A stretch of 55,116 bases of DNA, counting the filler, from Sphacelaria rigidula (lineage: Eukaryota): NCBI GenBank assembly GCA_964200075.2. It is 5 parts of 5 records of this genome, joined end to end, with 100 filler letters (N's around TTAATTAATTAA, not from the genome) between each part and the next. Parts side by side here need not be neighbours in the genome. Positions count along the whole stretch, not along the records: positions 44,175 to 55,116 come from CAXNAA020005649.1; 4 more parts are not named here. The stretch is one strand, 5' to 3'. The notes under the pieces were generated by a model. That model worked only from the letters and a program-made list of their open reading frames with translations. It did no database searches and was not told where the DNA came from. Position numbers and translations under genes: made by a program. Shown piece after piece: positions 51,053 through 55,116 of this stretch. Numbering within the stretch: the first letter of the stretch is position 1; each line of letters starts with the position of its first letter.

Positions 51053-53367
51053 AACAGGTTGATTGTTTTTTGCGGCAAAACTTTCCTGCGTTGCCGTGCT
51101 GCTGTGCCTTGTTCAACTTGCCAACGGCCCATTGCACGGTCTTGTGTTTGCTGCTGACCAAGGCCAAGGAAATGTTCAAGGGTCGGACGAATTGATGATT
51201 CGTCTAAAATTACTTGATTTTAGTCTAACTGATTCGTAACGTACGAATCAATCCTTGAACTTTGTTTTCAGCGTTTCAACCCAGGTACGCGCAGCCCAGA
51301 AATGTGGAATGGAGCAAAAATTGAGACCTTTTTGACCGGCGGTCAACTTTTCCCCCTCTTTCGAGCAACTAGGCCTAGGAAATTGTGGATTTGGTGATTC
51401 TGACGGGCGATGATTCGTCCGAACCGTGGAAATGTTCAGTTGTTTTCAACTGCTTTGCGCTCATGTTCTCGTGACATTGACGGCATAACCAGTGTGTTCG
51501 TGCTCCCAAATGAACGAGAACGCGACAGAGAGAAACACGGGGAAAAAATACTCCGCCAGAAGTAATCCTGTTTGAAGTCTTCCATGATCTTCAACAGGCT
51601 TTCGTGGTTCGGGTTCATGTTTCAGGTTTTCCATCATCTTGCAAAAGGCTTTTGTGGTTCGGGATCGACACCCCGCGAAAAAGGGCCAGTTTGAGCGACT
51701 TTCGGGGGCCAGAACACGCGCCACAGTTATCAGATGACACCCAAACCTACACGGTAATGTACGCTGAGCCTTCTCAGCGCGCTGCAAAAGAAAGCGCGGG
51801 AAAAAATGCCTTGTCGCCAGAGAAAACGGCAAAAGTGGTGAAAAATGTTAAATGATACATGCACATATGAGAGATCGATTCCTTGCATAAGCTATATTGT
51901 GACGCCATCAACCTCTCCCCCACGATACGGTGATGAATACCCTAAGCTCTTTTCACTACCCGTTATCCTGGGAGAACATGAACATGGGCTTCTCGCCTGA
52001 GTGTTATATGTTGACTCCATCATCTTCCTCCCCGACAACACCATCAATATGGCAATTGGGATCCTGGTTCTTTCCACTGCTCTTGTAGCTACCTACATCT
52101 TATCCTGTACCATTCGGTGGGGTGGGGTTCAGCAGATGCGCATCCACGGCATTTCGTTCTGAAATTGTGGTGTGTGTCACCTAACGGCTTGCGTACACCT
52201 TATTCGAGGGGACATACTCGTCATGATTTGTTCGTAAAAATACCCCTATCTGCACCGTAATACTCAGGATCCGATACGGCACCTGCGCTCGATCTTGAGC
52301 ATCGCTTCACAGCTACTCGTGCAGCTGAAACATTAGATATGGACAGTACGGTAGAATGCGGTGCATACGACCCCGGTGCAACCACTTTTTGGAACGGGGG
52401 TAATACTCAGGGGTTAACATCCTACGTATCCCGGTACAATACTGTAGGTACTACTGACTGGTATAGTGCCAAAAAATACCGACAACTCATGAGCGGGGGA
52501 TGTTACTCAGGGGGTGGTATATCACGTACGAGAGATACACACTTTACTTTTCCGCACAGAACTGCAGCAAAGCACCGTAAAGTGCAAAGGCCCCCGCCGT
52601 CCTAGTGTAGGATTATTCGCAAACTCTCTCTGGAGCTTTGGTGTTCCTGCTGCAAGCATAAAGCGCAAAACTGTACCGCACTGTCCTTCTCGGTCCTTGG
52701 TACGTGGTTCCTACCTGTGTAACGGAATCTCCATTGACGGCCGCGTTGCACAACAACCCTCTCCTGGTGAGGGCGCCTCCTGCCGTTGCATATGGCGGAA
52801 CCACCATTAAAGAAGACCTTTCCAGCAAAATCCGGCGTCTGTACTGGCGAGCATACTGATACGGTATTGAAGTACACCGCTGCAATAGGAGCAACGACAT
52901 AGCACCACCGCTGGACAACGGAGGAGGTACTGAGTATGCAAGATGTCGAGCGCCGTTGTTTTACTTGTCTATATTACCTGATATTGAGTAGAACCCGCAG
53001 TCATATAGTGAGACTAAGCCGCGCCCGATACATGGCAGCGCGCGGTGGGTAAGCACAATACATATACGCTGCTCATCGGTGTAAGAGGGGATGTCATACT
53101 GTGGGTAGCACTTGTAAGGTAATCGTCTACTACAATACGGTGTGAAAACGCAGGCGGGCGCATATACTTCAATCAGACGAGACCGTGCGTTACTACGATC
53201 AGTGAATTCAAATGGAGTATGGTAGTGTGCTACGCATACACCAGAAAACAAGAACGCATGTTGTTTGCACGTAGCTGTAACGGACAACAGTAACAGCGCG
53301 CTGGTAATACAGCAGAAGAAGGTGACTTCGAAACCACATATATTGTATAGTAGTGTATGATTTTTCA

Positions 53368-54054
53368 ATGCCTGCAGCAGCGGTAGTAGCAGCAACAGGA
53401 ACAAGACCCCGATCCGCTGCCTTCTTGTTGCTACCGTGCGCTCTGCTGATTGCAGCTGTTCCAGCACTGCAGGTAGGCACTACCAGCAGTTATCAATTCT
53501 CTTCACCAGCATCAGCCCGCAATACCTTCCGTGGAGACGACGACGACAGCAGACCCACTAGAGTCGGTGGCAGTAACAGGAGAACAAGCTTGCGTACGAC
53601 TCATCGGCACCCGCACTCTCTACCGCGTAGAGGTGGCCGTGACGACATCAGCTCATCACACAAGAACAACATCTGGTCCGGTACGGGAGGAGCACCAGCA
53701 GCATCAACGTCCACAACAAACACTTTTCACGCCCGAGCCGGTGCCGGCACTGGGGCAGCTTCTCTACAGGACTGCAGTAACAACGACTTACACAACAACA
53801 CCGACAACAACAACAAGTCCGCCAGAATACAAACAAGTCTTGCCGCTAGTAGAGGTGGCGGTAGCGACAGCACCGGTGCAACTGGTACCCGACTAAACAC
53901 CAACCACGATACCAACCTCAGCAAGAACCAAAAGATGCAACTCCCGGACCAAGCCCTCCTCGTGAAGTGTGTCTATATCTCCTGGTGCGCTGTCCTTGGC
54001 TGCCTTGCGCGTCTCTACACCGACGATATAGGCAGCACCAATCTCGCTCTACAG
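53368..54054 (+). CDS. First exon of a probable FEX/CrcB-like fluoride export protein with a long N-terminal extension
   Basis: ATG at 53368, 229 open codons, donor CAG|gtatga. There is a hydrophobic signal-like segment (AAFLLLPCALLIAAVPA), then a low-complexity linker, then YISWCAVLGCLARLY resembling Fluc/FEX TM1 (GxxxR). Confidence 0.6.
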
Positions 54055-54190
54055 GTATGATGCTGCACTGTACGAGAGACGCTGACAGGGTATTTTTTTG
54101 GCACGATTACGAGGTGGGTCAGCTTCAAGATTTTTTGGCTCTTGCCCGGCTTTGCAATAAGGCCCGTTTTCAACAGCACGGCCGTGTCTT

Positions 54191-54436
54191 AGAGCGTGTC
54201 TCATCACATTATTTTCCGATCGAAAATGTGCGGTGGAAAAGGAAAATTCTGATCTGATGGGTCGTAATTTGAACTATCGCAATTTATTTTGAAGATGGTC
54301 GAAATCACGACCTATCAGGTCGAGATGTTTGTTTTTCACCGCACGTCGGGTAATTGAAATTACGACCTATCAGATCGGTGTTTTCCTTTTCCACCGCATA
54401 TTTTCGATCGAAAAATAATGTGCTAAGACACGCCCT
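54191..54436. mobile_element. Intronic MITE with ~80-bp TIRs (PIF/Harbinger-like G-rich termini)
   Basis: agagcgtgtctcatcacattattttccgatcgaaaatgtgcggtggaaaaggaaaa pairs with ttttccttttccaccgcatattttcgatcgaaaaataatgtgctaagacacgccct. A related terminus is at 22332-22380. Confidence 0.8.
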
Positions 54437-55024
54437 CACAAGCCGAAGTTATGAACTAAGGTTCATGTCAAGACGCAAAAACGTATGACAGTAGCCAAGA
54501 AAGAGAAACAGTTGTTCAGAGCCAGTTGGATATTATGAAACAAATGAAAAAATGTTGTTACTCAACACACATACGAGGCATGCATCTACATCTCTCGCTA
54601 CACACCACATTTTTCATGTTTTGCCATGTACGAGTAGAACGTATGTGTAATTTTATAGCTCAAAAATGCTCCAAAAAATTGAGCCGTGCACTGAACTTGT
54701 GTGACACTGTTGCACCCCATTGTCTAGCTGGAATGAAAGACTTTCATAAAGACGGAACGTCACAGGTTCGAATCCCCACAGATCGTTTCTTTTTGTCATA
54801 ATGTGGTTCCGTCGTGGAGGTCATGTACTATGCAGTACATATTTCTTCATTTTTTTGTCCTACAGTAGCGGCAGAGCGTGCAATAGAAGGTTGTTCTGCA
54901 CTTTACAATGATATACTTACATCAGTCAGGTTAATTCGGGAAACTGAAAACGTCATCGTGTGCTAGAGACATGTGAGTTTTTAAGCTGGCCCAGCTCGTA
55001 TCACATTTAACAGTGTTTTCGTGA

Positions 55025-55072
55025 GATTGAGAGTAGATGATACGATTGAGAGTAGATGATACGATTGAGAGT
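55025..55072 (+). repeat. 19-bp tandem repeat x2.5
   Basis: gattgagagtagatgatac gattgagagtagatgatac gattgagagt. Confidence 0.85.
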
Positions 55073-55116
55073 GGCTTTCATCATTCGCTTTAAGTGAGTC
55101 ATTTTTTTATTCCACG

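Noticed and set aside
49850..52930. Possible minus-strand exons (~49850-49975, ~50450-50537, ~52714-52880) belonging to the GnT-I-like gene
   Set aside because: Splice-like signals exist, but translations show no GT13 similarity and I could not join the phases consistently.
54755..54780. tRNA gene (GGTTCGAATCCC)
   Set aside because: Isolated T-loop/B-box motif with no cloverleaf or A-box.

Overview
Eukaryotic, repeat-dense genomic DNA, most likely from a brown alga or related stramenopile. This is inferred from roughly balanced GC, short GT-AG exons in long transposon-filled introns, and CCCTAA repeats. The window is not contiguous: five unrelated contigs (1-10944, 11045-21988, 22089-33032, 33133-44074, 44175-55116) are joined by artificial 100-bp N44-TTAATTAATTAA-N44 spacers. 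Host genes recovered by manual splicing: (i) seven exons of an ERG8/plant-type phosphomevalonate kinase (minus, 33749-37081, 3' end off-contig); (ii) three exons of an Sm-fold protein most like the U7 snRNP-specific LSm10 (minus, 27598-29494), which the ORF track misses; (iii) the terminal exon of a GnT-I/MGAT1-like glycosyltransferase (minus, 48436-48606); (iv) the first exon of a probable FEX/CrcB fluoride exporter (plus, 53368-54054); (v) one probable P5-type ATPase exon (minus, 11258-11422). Most of the rest is mobile DNA: an internally deleted Ty3/Gypsy element, a 5'-truncated RTE LINE, a decayed very long gag-like ORF with a CCHC knuckle, a deleted piggyBac and four copies of a ~100-bp TTAA piggyBac MITE, several foldback MITEs (two with matching empty sites in the window), a SINE-like family, and an unexplained ~94-bp degenerate tandem array. 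Most listed six-frame ORFs are spurious.
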